IMG/VR virus record: IMGVR_UViG_3300032243_001234
Coordinates: 1-37,565 of that record
DNA: 37,565 nucleotides
Strand: one strand, 5' to 3'
Origin: a virus
Taxonomy: Duplodnaviria; Caudoviricetes
The notes beneath the pieces are model-generated. The model was not told the DNA's origin. It was given only the letters and a program-made list of their open reading frames with translations, and searched no databases. A program made the position numbers and the translations under genes. Shown piece by piece: positions 36,047 through 37,565 of this stretch (position 1 is the stretch's first letter; each line of letters starts with the position of its first letter).

Positions 36047-37001
36047 TGATCTTCTTTAGCGCAGCATAAAGTTCATCGAACTTAACTTCACCAAAACCAT
36101 CTTCGATCATCATTTTACGGACTTCTGTTAAATTAAACTCTGGATTATAATTATCCAGTGAATAGTCAACTTTCTTCAAGACCTGATAAGACATGTTTGG
36201 TGATTTAAGCTGCATCACAGAGAAATTGATATGAACCTGCTCTGCTGCATCAAGGACACTTTGAAACATTTTTAACTTTGATCCTTCGGTGATCTGTTGC
36301 TTACAGAAGTTTAGCACATCTTCTGTAATATGTTCCTTCTCTTCTGCAAGAAAAGGCATACGCTTTGAAATAGTTGTCAGTCCAAGACCTTTTACGCCAT
36401 CAATGTTATCAGAAGGATCACCAGCCATTGCGCGGGCAATAGCAAAGTTATTTGGATGAATACCAAATTGTTCTAGAATTTTCTTTGTTGTCAAAACTTC
36501 ATTCTGAATTGGTCGATATAGAACTGTTGTATTGTCACAAAGCTGAATAAAATCTTTGTCGGAAGATACAATTACCTTATCCCAATCTTTAAACTTTTCG
36601 TGACGGGCAACAACTGAAATAAGATCATCTGCTTCAACTTCCTTTTCTAGAAATTGAATAATTGGCATACAGTTAAGGTACTCAATGGTACGCAACTGTT
36701 GCCAAACTTTATTTTGAATTTCTTGATCTTCTGAAAGATTCTTTACATCACGATTAAGACGAATCGGTTTACGACCATCCTTATAATCCTTGATAATTGT
36801 CTTTTTCTTTCTACTACCACCTGGACCATCGTGGCAAACAACAATACAGTGTGGCTTTACTTCTCTTACTAATTTTTGTAGAGATTTAAAATATCCTTTA
36901 AGTCCACCAATTGGCTGACCATGTGTTGAAATACTCGGATCTACAATATAGTTTCTAATAAAATTATTCAAACTATCTAAAATCATCACTCTTTTGTTCA
37001 T
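36024..37001 (-). CDS. 5'-3' exonuclease / T4 RNase H-like flap nuclease
   Basis: ILD…YKDGR…EADD…SSDKDF…GDPSDNIDGVKGLG. Confidence 0.95.
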   Translation of the reverse strand: MNKRVMILDSLNNFIRNYIVDPSISTHGQPIGGLKGYFKSLQKLVREVKPHCIVVCHDGPGGSRKKKTIIKDYKDGRKPIRLNRDVKNLSEDQEIQNKVWQQLRTIEYLNCMPIIQFLEKEVEADDLISVVARHEKFKDWDKVIVSSDKDFIQLCDNTTVLYRPIQNEVLTTKKILEQFGIHPNNFAIARAMAGDPSDNIDGVKGLGLTTISKRMPFLAEEKEHITEDVLNFCKQQITEGSKLKMFQSVLDAAEQVHINFSVMQLKSPNMSYQVLKKVDYSLDNYNPEFNLTEVRKMMIEDGFGEVKFDELYAALKKIIAEHKGL

Positions 37002-37476
37002 TATTCAACCTTTTATTTTCAATCTCAGAATAAAATTGCCACAATTTTTTTAATTCTTCAAAAGAAGCGTTGCTTTTTAATCTATTTGCTCTATTGCAAA
37101 TAATAACAACGTTATCTTTTGTATATGGCCTGCTTGGATCAATCCTATCTAAAGTAGGACTATTTGGACTGATTATAGAATCAGAAGGCTTTAACTCTAA
37201 ATCTAAAATAGGACATTTATTATCTTTTGGATATATTTCTTTTAAAAACTTCCAATCAAAATCTGGTTGTGGCAAATTTTTCTTATAAGATCTTTTCTTT
37301 GCGCCACGTAGCATAGATCTACAAATACCATCTATATCGTGCTTTTTTGTTTTTCGATATTGTTTTTTAATATTTTTAATACATTCTTTACAATCTGTGC
37401 GAATATAGTTACTCGCTTCAATATAAAAGCATTCTTCTTGTTTTTCTACACCACATTTAACGCATTTACGCAACAT
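36973..37476 (-). CDS. HNH (His-Me finger) homing-endonuclease-like protein
   Basis: CVKC…CKEC zinc motif; CPIL…PTLDRIDPSRPYTKDNVVIICNRANRLKS; very AT-rich. Confidence 0.85.
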   Translation of the reverse strand: MLRKCVKCGVEKQEECFYIEASNYIRTDCKECIKNIKKQYRKTKKHDIDGICRSMLRGAKKRSYKKNLPQPDFDWKFLKEIYPKDNKCPILDLELKPSDSIISPNSPTLDRIDPSRPYTKDNVVIICNRANRLKSNASFEELKKLWQFYSEIENKRLNNEQKSDDFR

Positions 37477-37505
37477 TTTCAATCTCAAAAATCAACCAGA
37501 TCTAT

Positions 37506-37545
37506 AAAAGGGAAAACCCCTGATCGATCTGATCAAGGGTATCCC
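37506..37545 (-). terminator. Terminator-like hairpin
   Basis: gggatacccttgatc-agatc-gatcaggggttttccc followed by TTTT. Confidence 0.65.
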
Positions 37546-37565
37546 AAAGTTTCACTTCTGTTTAC

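Noticed and set aside
323-37288. Plus-strand ORFs in the track (e.g. 8202-8828, 30017-30634)
   Set aside because: They are antisense shadows of well-supported minus-strand genes and have no motifs.
1-37565. Stop-codon reassignment
   Set aside because: Long genes are open in the standard code, and TAA, TGA and TAG all end genes at sensible positions. The dnaE break needs a frame change, not read-through.
1-37565. tRNA genes, CRISPR arrays, IS elements
   Set aside because: Intergenic gaps are short and explained by promoters and terminators. No cloverleaf, spaced repeats or transposase was seen by eye.

Overview
A 37.6-kb piece of an AT-rich large (jumbo/huge) dsDNA phage genome. Essentially all genes lie on the minus strand and use the standard genetic code. 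It carries replication and nucleotide genes (5'-3' exonuclease, DnaB-like helicase, class Ia nrdA/nrdB, thyX, DnaE-type polymerase, short purA, dut, IMPDH/GMP reductase, N6-adenine methylase) and proteostasis/redox genes (groEL, a distant groES-like gene, Hsp20, ClpP, thioredoxin, glutaredoxin). There are also two adjacent peptidoglycan hydrolases, a eukaryote-type phosphomannomutase, a VWA lipoprotein and many small hypothetical genes. Three free-standing homing-endonuclease-like ORFs each sit just upstream of a conserved replication gene. The main finding is that the ORF caller missed the true dnaE N-terminus. It starts at 19286 in another frame (…FVGLHAHSGFS), hits a TAA, and is separated from the continuation (IFDGLG…) by a 10-nt self-complementary insert. 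That insert lies about 90 nt downstream of an endonuclease gene. The arrangement resembles the T4 mobA/gene 60 cassette and suggests a new recoding element (ribosomal bypass or +1 frameshift) in an essential polymerase. A single-base sequencing error has not been excluded. Protein calls come from motif recognition by eye; no searches were run.
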